Assembly (NCBI GenBank): GCA_964581515.1
Contig: CAZOOV010000008.1
Span: 24,570 to 88,569 of the forward strand
From: an uncultured Methanosarcinales archaeon
GTDB lineage: Archaea > Nanobdellota > Nanobdellia > Woesearchaeales > JACJVV01
DNA: 64,000 bases
Direction: 5' to 3'
Shown here: positions 1-8,765 of the stretch, in pieces
Position numbering within the stretch: position 1 is the stretch's first letter
How the letters are laid out: each line of letters begins with the position of its first letter
Notes under the pieces: generated by a model
What the model was told of the DNA's origin: nothing
Seen by the model: only the letters and a program-made list of their open reading frames with translations
Databases searched by the model: none
Translations under genes and position numbers: made by a program

Positions 1-17
1 GATATATCAATGCACAG

Positions 18-599
18 TTGATACCTGGTCAACCAAGAGAAGTGAGGGTTATTGCATATGATGAACTCGAGGAATTTGCAAGACCTTTAGCAGGATATGT
101 TTTGAAAGGCATGCTTCGAAGAGAAGAGCTTAAACCTGCAGAGGCACTTGAGACTGCAGAACAAAATCAAATAGATGTGGATATAAGAAAACCACATAAG
201 AAAAAACAGAATGCTGTTACAATCGATTATTTTGTAGGTGAGAACGGGCAGACACAAGCAAGCAGTATTAGAGGGACAATCAATGAAGGGGAGATGAGAC
301 TTAGCAGAATCAATGATTATAAGAATTTTGATTTTGAAATTGTTCCTGGGATTGTTGTGATGTTTGAATACAGCGATAAAGCAGGACTTGCAGATAAGAT
401 CGGACATGCTTTTGCACAAGCAGGATATAGCAAGACTATTGGTAGATTTAAGCCGAGGAATGGAAATGCTATGTACATGTTTTATGTCGAGAAGAACGAT
501 GGAGGTAATGATTTAACTGAAGTTAGAGAGCTTGCTAATGTTGTAGAAAATAAAATTCCAGAAGTCTATAAAAGTGCGGTGTTTGATTTCAGGACTTAG
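18..599 (+). CDS. ACT-domain protein, probable C-terminal fragment (ORF open to window start; first codon is TTG)
   Basis: Reading frame has no stop back to position 3. C-terminal ~70 aa resemble an ACT regulatory fold (GIVVMFEYSDKAGLADKIGHAFAQAGYSKTIGRFKP...MYMFYVE), similar to C-termini of prephenate dehydratase or 3-PGDH. Confidence 0.45.
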   Translation: MIPGQPREVRVIAYDELEEFARPLAGYVLKGMLRREELKPAEALETAEQNQIDVDIRKPHKKKQNAVTIDYFVGENGQTQASSIRGTINEGEMRLSRINDYKNFDFEIVPGIVVMFEYSDKAGLADKIGHAFAQAGYSKTIGRFKPRNGNAMYMFYVEKNDGGNDLTEVRELANVVENKIPEVYKSAVFDFRT

Positions 600-630
600 A
601 GTTTATTTGTTATGCAAGATGGATAAAGAG

Positions 631-957
631 TTACTCTATAGGGGTTGTATGGGTGGCCATATTATTTTTTTTCTCTTCAATATTTTTCAAGAAATATTGA
701 AGGCAATCTTTCCCGCAGAAAGTTGCCTTCTTCTTGAAATCTTCTGATCCGAAGATTAATGTCTGGGTTGTGCTGCTATGCGGGTCAATATCAGTATCAC
801 ACGTCGTGCAATACGTATGATGCTGTTTTTGCCTCTCCTTAATCTCGTTCTCTATAAATTTAGTTAGGTGTATGCCACCGTGATCAAGATCTTTTTTTAT
901 TTTCAGAAGTTCGTAATAATCAATTGTATGAATGATGTCTTTTAGTCTTTTTTGCAT
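631..957 (-). CDS. small hypothetical protein with CxxC...CxxxC (zinc-ribbon-like)
   Basis: 108-aa ORF; cysteine pairs CTTC and CGKDC; no recognisable family. Confidence 0.4.
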   Translation of the reverse strand: MQKRLKDIIHTIDYYELLKIKKDLDHGGIHLTKFIENEIKERQKQHHTYCTTCDTDIDPHSSTTQTLIFGSEDFKKKATFCGKDCLQYFLKNIEEKKNNMATHTTPIE

Positions 958-999
958 CTTTTACGCACCTCTTTATGATATTGCCTTAATGAAAAAATA

Positions 1000-1215
1000 A
1001 GAGGGGGTGTTGGCGCACCCTCCCCTCAGCAGTGAACTCCTGCATTCTGCAGAAGTCACCCCTCATCTTTTGGCAAATTCCAAACATGAAAGAGGGATGT
1101 GTTTTGGCACATCCCTCATGAATGAAATTTTGCAATTTCATCCATAGTCCTTGCGGACAAGGATGAAATTTTGCAATTTCATCCATCATCTAATTTTTCC
1201 TCTTTTTCCTGAGTC
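1000..1215. repeat. GC-rich cluster of perfect hairpins plus two direct copies of a 24-nt palindrome-containing unit
   Basis: Perfect 10-bp stem gagggatgtg/cacatccctc (1092-1117). 24-nt unit atgaaattttgcaatttcatccat at 1122-1145 and 1163-1186, each containing inverted arms ggatgaaat/atttcatcc. The two copies are separated by hairpin tccttgcggacaagga (1148-1163). Further hairpins follow at gggtgttggcgcaccc and agtctcgccagagact. Local GC is far above the flanks. Confidence 0.6.
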
Positions 1216-1697
1216 TCGCCAGAGACTTTAAATGTGAAATTTAATTTTGATTATTGTTTATGGTCGTTGAGTTTTTCAAACTCAACATACCACCTATTTT
1301 TCTTCTGATCGAATTGAAACACAACATGGTATTTTTTTTTCTTGTCAAGTGAGAATAACAAAGGCATCGGGATAGTTGTCTCAAAACTGGATCCTCGTTT
1401 GTAAAGTTTTCTTTTGAATTCAATCATCTTTGTTGTCTCTGTTTATACTTATTTTTTAGCTTTATTTTATATTATTTTATTTATATATATTTATACTTAT
1501 ATATAAACTTTTCTAATATAATTTATCTTATTTTATTTCTAATATATCTTTCTATTTATTAATTTTTTTATACTTATTTATTTATTAATAAAAATACTTA
1601 TATTTTAATTCTTTTTATTTATTTTGTCACTTTAAAGTGATTACAAACCAAAATCTTTATAAATAAGTTGTAACTACTTAGTGACAATATAGGATAT

Positions 1698-2495
1698 TTG
1701 GGGGTTAACCACATGAAAAAAGAGAACTTCACAATAAATGATCACGTTCAAAATACACCTCTTTCAAGAGGGTTTCTAGGAAGAATTGGAGCAAGATATG
1801 TATTACCTGTCTTGACTACATTAGGACTTGCAAGTTTAGTGCATGCGAGCGATATAGCTACAGATTATGACGGCGGAATTGACGCTTTAGCTACAAATGC
1901 AGTAGCAGGTGTTGTTTCAGGAACAAATGATGTTGTTACTACAACTAATGGTTATGATTCTGCTACTAATGATTATCAAAATGCTACAAACGAAGTTGAG
2001 AAAGCAAGCTCAACAACAAGGGTTGTCTCAAGCTCAAGAGCAGCTTCAAGTTCGAAACCAGCCTCAAGAGTTTATACTACAAGTGCTGCATCTGAGCCAA
2101 CTTATTCTGGTGAAAAAAGTGCAACTGAGGAAAATAAGCCGATTGCAACAGCACCTATGGCACCAATGAATGATAATACAAAAACAACTTCTGATGCTAA
2201 TGCTCCAGTTACAGCAAATGCAAGTACAAATTCAATTGTAGAACCAAGAATCTGTAGAATAGATCTTGTTGGTTCAAATATTGATATAGCTGCAACAAAT
2301 TTAGTTACTGATGCTTATTATATGTTACAGGAATCAGGAAATATGTTGCCAACAACCCCTGGTGGAAGTAATATTTGGGAGAATATTCAGAATACTTTTG
2401 TCAAATATACAGGTACTGATGGTGGTGTGACAAATTGGCTCGTGACTCCAAAAGGAGATGTTGGATTTTATAGAGTGAGGGGTGTTAAAGAATGA
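1698..2495 (+). CDS. secreted/membrane-anchored Ser/Thr/Ala-rich protein
   Basis: N-terminal hydrophobic segment (VLPVLTTLGLASLVHA) and low-complexity S/T/A/N-rich body. 4-nt overlap with the downstream giant surface protein gene (ATGA), suggesting co-transcription. Confidence 0.5.
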   Translation: MGVNHMKKENFTINDHVQNTPLSRGFLGRIGARYVLPVLTTLGLASLVHASDIATDYDGGIDALATNAVAGVVSGTNDVVTTTNGYDSATNDYQNATNEVEKASSTTRVVSSSRAASSSKPASRVYTTSAASEPTYSGEKSATEENKPIATAPMAPMNDNTKTTSDANAPVTANASTNSIVEPRICRIDLVGSNIDIAATNLVTDAYYMLQESGNMLPTTPGGSNIWENIQNTFVKYTGTDGGVTNWLVTPKGDVGFYRVRGVKE

Positions 2496-5400
2496 ACACA
2501 GCAAATAAAATGAGAAAAAGTTTCTTATCATTAACTATACTAAGAATTGCTATTTTATTATTATTTGTAGGAGTAGTATCAGCTCTTGAGTGTCAAGAGA
2601 TAAACCAATCAGGTGTATATATAATGGATCAGGATGTAAGTGTTACAGATCCTAATTCAAGTACATGTTTTACAATCGCTACTGATAATGTAGTGCTTCA
2701 GGGCAATGGAAAAGAAATAAACTATGATGGAAGACCTTTTACAGGTGTCTATGTAGCAAATGTAAATAATGTAACACTAGAAGGACTTGAAATTAATGAG
2801 CCTTATAATGGTATTGTTGTTTCAGGTAATGATGTGCTTGTTGACGACACAAAAGTTTATTTTGCAGAAAAATATGGAATACAAATAACAGGATTAGCAA
2901 GCAATGTTGTGATTGAAGATTCTTTATTTGATGATTCACAAGATTTTGATTTATGGGTTAATGATCAGAATTGTGATGTAACTGTTAATAATGTTGAAGG
3001 ATCTGGAAGCAGAGAAATTGGCTTCTATACAAGCGCTTCAAATACTGCTACAGTTGTTGATAAAGAATTCTCAGAACTTATCTTATGTGGAGCAGATGCC
3101 ATGAATTTTGATAATATTAAAGTATGGGGTTCACCTACTATTAATAATAATGGTGTATTGCTGTATGGTGCAGATGGATTTCACATGAAAGATTCTAATA
3201 TTGCAAGCAATAAATTTGGAATTGAGATATATGATAGTAATGCTGCTGATCTTGATAATGTTACAATAGAGAATAATGCTGGTCATGGATTATATATATA
3301 TGACTCAAGCGGTCATGAATTCAATGATCTTGTCCTAAGGAACAATATCGGTATGGGTCTATATGTAGAAGATAGTGAAAACATTGAGATTGCTGATTCT
3401 TTGATCGAATACAGCTGGGATCTTGGTGCATTCATAATCGGAACTACAGACAGCACTATCAGATCAAGCAATATAACATACAATGATGCTGGTGGAGTAC
3501 TAATACATACTAGTGATAATATAAGGGTTGATGATTGTATTGTTGATAAGAATAATGATGATACTGTATCTTCTTTATCGCAGATATATCCAACATCATT
3601 TGGATTTGGTATATCAAGCTGGGATTCAACAGTAGTTGAATTGCAAGATAACTTAATCGAACAGAATGATAATGAAGGTATCTTGTTCTACAAGACAACT
3701 CTTGGCGAAGTTGAGAGAAATACTGTACAGAACAATGGATACGGTATAATGCTTAGAGGAATAACTCATAACGGTGATGAAGGTAATACTGATAATGTCT
3801 TTGTCGGCAATGTCGTTAAGAACAATGTTGATGATGTCGCTTATCTATTTGATTCAAGCAGCAATAACATGATAAGAGACAGTGTTATTGAGACAGGAAC
3901 AAAAGTTGTTTCACAAGCGGGTTATTATCTATTAGATTCACTTAATAACGTATTACTTAACGTAACATATGATGATACAACACAAGAAGAATTAGTTACT
4001 TTCTTCCCAGGATATGATCCTGAACTTATCAGGAAATGGTATCTTAATGTTGATGTAGAAGATCAGTTCGGCGCTCCAGTTAGCAATGCAAATGTTGATG
4101 TTTATTACGGAGCTACACACACTGCTGATTATGTAGCAGGAGTATGGAACCCTATAGATCATATATTAAATAAGACAGGAAAATTTACTCCTATCTATAC
4201 AATTGAGGCAACAGCTCCAGATTGCAGTGATAATATGACACAGTTGTCAATACTACAAAATCTTGATTTGACATTAAGTCTTAATTGTTTAACTAATCAC
4301 GCACCTACTGCTATTGCAGATTCTTATTTTGTTACTGAGAATGGAGTGCTTCATGTATATGCTCCTGGAATCTTGTTTAATGATTCAGATGTTGATGCTG
4401 ATTCTTTAAGTGCAAGGCTTATTACAGGTACAGCAAATGGAGTTCTTAACTTCAGTGCAGATGAGGATGGTGCTTTTAATTATACACCAAATCCTGGTTT
4501 CTCAGGAATTGATTTATTTAGCTATGTAGCTAATGATGGTCAAAATGATAGTGTAAGAGTGTTTGTTACAATTAATGTGACTCCAATTAATCATCAGCCT
4601 ACTGCAACAGATTTATCTGTAAGCGTAAATGAAGGCGGACAAGTTGAAATCACACTTAATTGTACTGACAGTGATGGTGATGCATTGACTTATAGTGTCG
4701 CTTCACAACCAGCACATGGAACATTATCTCCAGTAGTTGGTGATAAGGTTGATTATACACCTGTTATTGATTATGATGGTGATGATGCTTTTACATACAG
4801 ATGTAATGATGGTAATATATTTAGTAATTATGGAACAGTTAACATAACTGTTATTGATGTTCCTTTCATAGTATCAGGAATTACATCAAACTTACCATTA
4901 TATACAAATGGAAGTCAAGATGAGAATATTAGTGTTAACTTCACAAGCAGTGTTTATCCGATTGCAGTATCATTTTGGATATACAATGCAACAGGTGCAT
5001 TAGTAAATTATCCTATTGCACAAAATGTTGCAAATGCTCTTGAGTTACCAGTAATATATACTGTTTCTTCAGGAACAGTTGAAGGAAACTATACAATTAA
5101 CATGAGTGTAACCCATAATGCAGATACAATGTATTATGAACTTGGCGATTTTATTGTAGACAAAACTGCACCTGGACTTGATATAACTTCTCCTTTGACA
5201 GGGGACATTGTTAATGGTGATAAAGTAATTGTCTTTATAGATGACGAGCCAACCAACCCAGAATGTTCAATTAATAATATTGCATGGGATTCATGCGTGT
5301 CAGGTGTAACAACCTTGAATGATCTTACAGGTTTTGCTGGACTTCCAGACGGTGATTTTGAGTTATTGTTAAGAGATACAGATCTTGCAGGAAACTCAAA

Positions 5401-6730
5401 CATTGATAATAGACCAAACATAACAAAGGATACATCAATACCTAATGTTACAAATGTTATGACTGATCCTGCTATGCCTCTTGCAAATAATGGCACAGAG
5501 CAGAATGTAAGTGTGAATTTCACAAGCAATGAGTATCCAGTAAATGTAACATTTAATCTATTCAATGAATCTGGAGCTTTGGTAAATAGCCAAGGTCCTA
5601 CTACTGTAACAAGTGCTTCAGAGACTGTGACTTTTACAGTACCAGCTGGACTAACAGATGGAAATTATACTCTGAATATGACTGTTGCAGACAGCATTGG
5701 AAATGAAGTTGAAGTTACAATCGGAACAATAGTTGTAGATACAACAATGCCTCCTTTTGTACAATTATCTGATGATGAATATAGCGTGCTTGTTGGTAGT
5801 GATACACAACTTAACATACTTGCAAATGATACTGCAATGTATACAAGCATATGGCTATATGATATTGCTTCAGCACCAGTATATGGAACAGCAACATCAA
5901 CACTTGATGGAAAAGCAGTAATATATACTTCAGGAAGTGCAACAGCAACAGATTATTTCACTTACAATGTTATTGATAGCAATAACAATACTTATGGCGT
6001 TGCTACAGTAACTGTTCATATTGTTGAGAACAGTGCTCCAGTGATAAATCTATCAGGAGTAAGCGCTGCAGGAACTGTTGGAGTGCAGTCTGTACTTGAT
6101 TTGAGTCCTTATGTGGATGATTCAGATAATGATTCATTGACATACAGTTCAAATGTTACAGCACTTGGTGGAAGTATAAATGCAAGCGGAGTAATAATTT
6201 GGACTCCTACCACTGCAGGAACATACACAATAAGTGTTAGCGTATGTGATGATTATCAATGTTCAACAGATGATTTTACTGTTACAGTAAGTGCACAGCA
6301 AAATAATAATGACAATAACAATAATAATGGCGGAAACAATAACAGAGGAAATAGCGGTAGACGTCCAAGAGTGACAGTATTTATTGATGATACCTCTGGT
6401 GGAAGACATTTTAATGTTACTGGACTACCTGATGGTGCATGGGATAAAGATGAAGACTTATCTGATGGAGAAGTCGATGTCTATGTGCCAAGCGGAAGTG
6501 ATGGTGTAGGTGATAATCAAACTGGTGATAATGAGACTACTCTAGGAAGAGGCATAACAGGATTTGCAATATTTGGTAATCCAGCAATGCTTTTTGGATG
6601 GGGAATCATAATCTTCTTGTTATTCATATTACTGATGGAATTGATATTATTAGTAATAATGAAGAAGAAAAGACAAGGTAGAGAAGCTAGTGTTAATAGA
6701 CCTGCTCCTTTTTTCGGAATGGTTAAATAA
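2492..6730 (+). CDS. giant cell-surface protein: signal peptide, parallel beta-helix repeats, cadherin/Ig-like repeats, Asn-rich linker, C-terminal TM anchor
   Basis: 1412 aa. N-terminal signal (LTILRIAILLLFVGVVSALE). Repeated NNxGxGLYxxDSxxxE/I motifs typical of right-handed beta-helix (PbH1-like). Tandem ~90-aa D/T-rich repeats (DADSLSA..., DSDGDALTYS...) resembling cadherin-like/Big domains. Poly-N linker. C-terminal hydrophobic helix followed by KKKRQGRE. Very many N-x-S/T sequons. Confidence 0.8.
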   Translation: MNTANKMRKSFLSLTILRIAILLLFVGVVSALECQEINQSGVYIMDQDVSVTDPNSSTCFTIATDNVVLQGNGKEINYDGRPFTGVYVANVNNVTLEGLEINEPYNGIVVSGNDVLVDDTKVYFAEKYGIQITGLASNVVIEDSLFDDSQDFDLWVNDQNCDVTVNNVEGSGSREIGFYTSASNTATVVDKEFSELILCGADAMNFDNIKVWGSPTINNNGVLLYGADGFHMKDSNIASNKFGIEIYDSNAADLDNVTIENNAGHGLYIYDSSGHEFNDLVLRNNIGMGLYVEDSENIEIADSLIEYSWDLGAFIIGTTDSTIRSSNITYNDAGGVLIHTSDNIRVDDCIVDKNNDDTVSSLSQIYPTSFGFGISSWDSTVVELQDNLIEQNDNEGILFYKTTLGEVERNTVQNNGYGIMLRGITHNGDEGNTDNVFVGNVVKNNVDDVAYLFDSSSNNMIRDSVIETGTKVVSQAGYYLLDSLNNVLLNVTYDDTTQEELVTFFPGYDPELIRKWYLNVDVEDQFGAPVSNANVDVYYGATHTADYVAGVWNPIDHILNKTGKFTPIYTIEATAPDCSDNMTQLSILQNLDLTLSLNCLTNHAPTAIADSYFVTENGVLHVYAPGILFNDSDVDADSLSARLITGTANGVLNFSADEDGAFNYTPNPGFSGIDLFSYVANDGQNDSVRVFVTINVTPINHQPTATDLSVSVNEGGQVEITLNCTDSDGDALTYSVASQPAHGTLSPVVGDKVDYTPVIDYDGDDAFTYRCNDGNIFSNYGTVNITVIDVPFIVSGITSNLPLYTNGSQDENISVNFTSSVYPIAVSFWIYNATGALVNYPIAQNVANALELPVIYTVSSGTVEGNYTINMSVTHNADTMYYELGDFIVDKTAPGLDITSPLTGDIVNGDKVIVFIDDEPTNPECSINNIAWDSCVSGVTTLNDLTGFAGLPDGDFELLLRDTDLAGNSNIDNRPNITKDTSIPNVTNVMTDPAMPLANNGTEQNVSVNFTSNEYPVNVTFNLFNESGALVNSQGPTTVTSASETVTFTVPAGLTDGNYTLNMTVADSIGNEVEVTIGTIVVDTTMPPFVQLSDDEYSVLVGSDTQLNILANDTAMYTSIWLYDIASAPVYGTATSTLDGKAVIYTSGSATATDYFTYNVIDSNNNTYGVATVTVHIVENSAPVINLSGVSAAGTVGVQSVLDLSPYVDDSDNDSLTYSSNVTALGGSINASGVIIWTPTTAGTYTISVSVCDDYQCSTDDFTVTVSAQQNNNDNNNNNGGNNNRGNSGRRPRVTVFIDDTSGGRHFNVTGLPDGAWDKDEDLSDGEVDVYVPSGSDGVGDNQTGDNETTLGRGITGFAIFGNPAMLFGWGIIIFLLFILLMELILLVIMKKKRQGREASVNRPAPFFGMVK

Positions 6731-6808
6731 TCAGTCATAATAACTGGTCAAGTGATTGACCTTATTTTATTATTCTTATTTATTTTAATTATTAACTTGA
6801 TTGTTAAT

Positions 6809-7708
6809 TTAATTTTTTATTGTATTTAGAAATTGGTTAAAGTCTTTTATTGGTGGGAGTCCGCTTTGTTCTGCTCCATATTTTCTATTGGCTGCCATGA
6901 CTTTCCTGATTGATTCTGCAGATGCATTTTGATTCATGCTATATGTGATGGTTTTTGATCCAAGCCAATATCTTGGGAAATAAGTAAATCTTGATTTAAA
7001 TTTGTATTTTGCTATTCTATGGTCTCTTTCATGTGCTTTATCTTCTGCACTCTCTGCATCTGCAATCATATTAAAATGTCTATTTTTCATAATCTCTGCT
7101 AGTTCTTCTTTTTTCATATCTTTCAAAGAGCGATGTCTGATTGCTTCATATATCCTTCCAAATGCTTGTCTAAGGCTATTTCTTTTGCTTTCTAGGGCAT
7201 ATTCATTACATGCAACAGTTGCTAATGTATTTAGATAAAAACCTGGTCTTTTTCTTGATTTGCCATCACTAAAAGGGTGTTTTTTTAGTTTTCCATCAAG
7301 CATTTTCTCAACATTTGCATAGTATGTTAATGCAACGCTATCAAAAGTCAAACAATCACTAAATGTTCCTGTTGTAAAATAATCTTCAAGTCCATTCTCT
7401 GTAATGAAATTATCTACTGTGCTTGCTTCTTTTGCTCTTTTTTCGGCAAGTCTTAATGCTTCATCAATTGATGAGTCATCTCTTGGTAGGACATCATTTA
7501 AATCGCTTGGAAGTATCTGCTTTTCAAATGCTTGTTCAAATATTATGCCTTCTCCTATGAATCTTCTTCTTGATTTAGGGACTACTCTTAGAAATGCAAG
7601 TTCATATAGGTCAGATGATACTGCTGCAATGACTCTGCAGTCTTTTCTCATGAATGTCTGATTAGCTAATGGTTCATATTCCTGTAACATAAATTTGAAT
7701 GGATGCAT
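6809..7708 (-). CDS. Fic/Doc-family-like protein (degenerate Fic motif HPFSDGKSRKR)
   Basis: 299 aa. Motif HPFSDGKSRKRPG resembles canonical Fic HPFx[DE]GNGRxxR with N>K and G>S substitutions. No other domain recognised. Confidence 0.45.
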   Translation of the reverse strand: MHPFKFMLQEYEPLANQTFMRKDCRVIAAVSSDLYELAFLRVVPKSRRRFIGEGIIFEQAFEKQILPSDLNDVLPRDDSSIDEALRLAEKRAKEASTVDNFITENGLEDYFTTGTFSDCLTFDSVALTYYANVEKMLDGKLKKHPFSDGKSRKRPGFYLNTLATVACNEYALESKRNSLRQAFGRIYEAIRHRSLKDMKKEELAEIMKNRHFNMIADAESAEDKAHERDHRIAKYKFKSRFTYFPRYWLGSKTITYSMNQNASAESIRKVMAANRKYGAEQSGLPPIKDFNQFLNTIKN

Positions 7709-7905
7709 ATATGATGTAATTGCTTTTGCTTATATAAAGTTTATAGTGCTTATATGTCTAAATATTCATATAATGAATAAACTCGTGATAATAGGAGATT
7801 AGATGAGAATGATGATAATGAATGATTAAATAAAAATTATAATACATAATTTAAGAATGATAATAAAAAATCAAATAAGAAAAAAAGAGAAATAAAAAAG
7901 AAGAT

Positions 7906-8664
7906 TTATTTCTTCTCTTCAGGTTTAGCGCCTGCTGCTGCGTCTCCGTCCTTAGCATCTCCCGCAGCTTCTTCTGCAGGTAGTTTTTCATGCTGGATGA
8001 CATCAGGTATCTCAGCTTCAATCATTCTCTTCTTGATCTCGTTTCTGGTCTTACCTGCCATCTCATTAAGGATCTTATCAGCTAATTCTTCGAATTCATG
8101 TCTACGCTGTTCGATCTCTTCTTGTAATTTCTTCTTCTCTTCTTCAAGCGCTTTCATTTCTTCTGCGCTTAGTTCAGTCTTACCTGATAGGATCTTGTCT
8201 TTGAATGCACCTTTGTCAATCTCTTGGCACATCTCTTTTCCTGATTTACCTTCAACCATGACACCCATGCCATTGCATGTGCCTATGATCTCTTTTACTC
8301 TGGCAAATGCATCTTTGCCTAGAAGGTTTTCTTCTTTCATCTGTGCTATTTTGATAACCTGTTCTATCTTAAGGTCTGCAACCTTATCAGTTTTAGCGTT
8401 GCTTGTACCTTTTGTGATACCTGCTTCTTTCTTGATTAGTCCTGATGCAGGTGGTGTACCAACAGAAATCGTAAATTCTTTAGATTCATCATCTACTTCA
8501 AGACATACTGGAACCTGCATACCATCGAATGCTGCTGTTTTCTTATTTATTTCAGCGATTACTTCGCCAATATTAACTCCCATTGGACCAAGTGCTGGAC
8601 CCAGTGGTGGAGCAGCTGTAGCTTTTCCGCCATTTACTAGAACATCTAATTTTTGTTTTCCCAT
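7906..8664 (-). CDS. rpl11: 50S ribosomal protein L11 (uL11) with ~110-aa Glu/Lys/Ala-rich C-terminal extension
   Basis: VLVNGGKATAAPPLGPALGPMGVNIGEVIAEINKKT... is the L11 N-domain signature; ends of the L11 C-domain (MGVMVEG) also present. Start chosen at internal MGKQKLDVLV (ORF extends to 8739). Follows spt5 as in the conserved archaeal cluster. Confidence 0.85.
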   Translation of the reverse strand: MGKQKLDVLVNGGKATAAPPLGPALGPMGVNIGEVIAEINKKTAAFDGMQVPVCLEVDDESKEFTISVGTPPASGLIKKEAGITKGTSNAKTDKVADLKIEQVIKIAQMKEENLLGKDAFARVKEIIGTCNGMGVMVEGKSGKEMCQEIDKGAFKDKILSGKTELSAEEMKALEEEKKKLQEEIEQRRHEFEELADKILNEMAGKTRNEIKKRMIEAEIPDVIQHEKLPAEEAAGDAKDGDAAAGAKPEEKK

Positions 8665-8765
8665 TTTCTTTTCTCCCACCTTATGGTGTTGGATTCCCTC
8701 TACTTTTTTGTTTGCATTAACCAAAGCAGTTTTGGGCAACCGGTTATTTTGTTTTATTCTTTAAT

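Noticed and set aside
986-1189. 67-aa minus-strand ORF
   Set aside because: Lies entirely inside the GC-rich hairpin cluster; open frame is explained by GC richness, and no start context or coding periodicity.
1241-1423. 60-aa minus-strand ORF
   Set aside because: AT-rich intergenic region between the hairpin cluster and the surface-protein promoter; no support.
1430-1697. Extremely AT-rich tract with short ta/tta repeats, considered as a repeat element
   Set aside because: Simple low-complexity promoter/intergenic DNA upstream of the surface-protein operon; no defined repeat unit.
1909-2169. 86-aa Q/L-rich ORF inside 1698..2495
   Set aside because: Alternate frame of the S/T-rich secreted protein gene; low complexity.
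7997-8764. 255-aa plus-strand ORF overlapping rpl11
   Set aside because: Antisense to a well-supported L11 gene; S/L/F-rich low-complexity typical of shadow ORFs.
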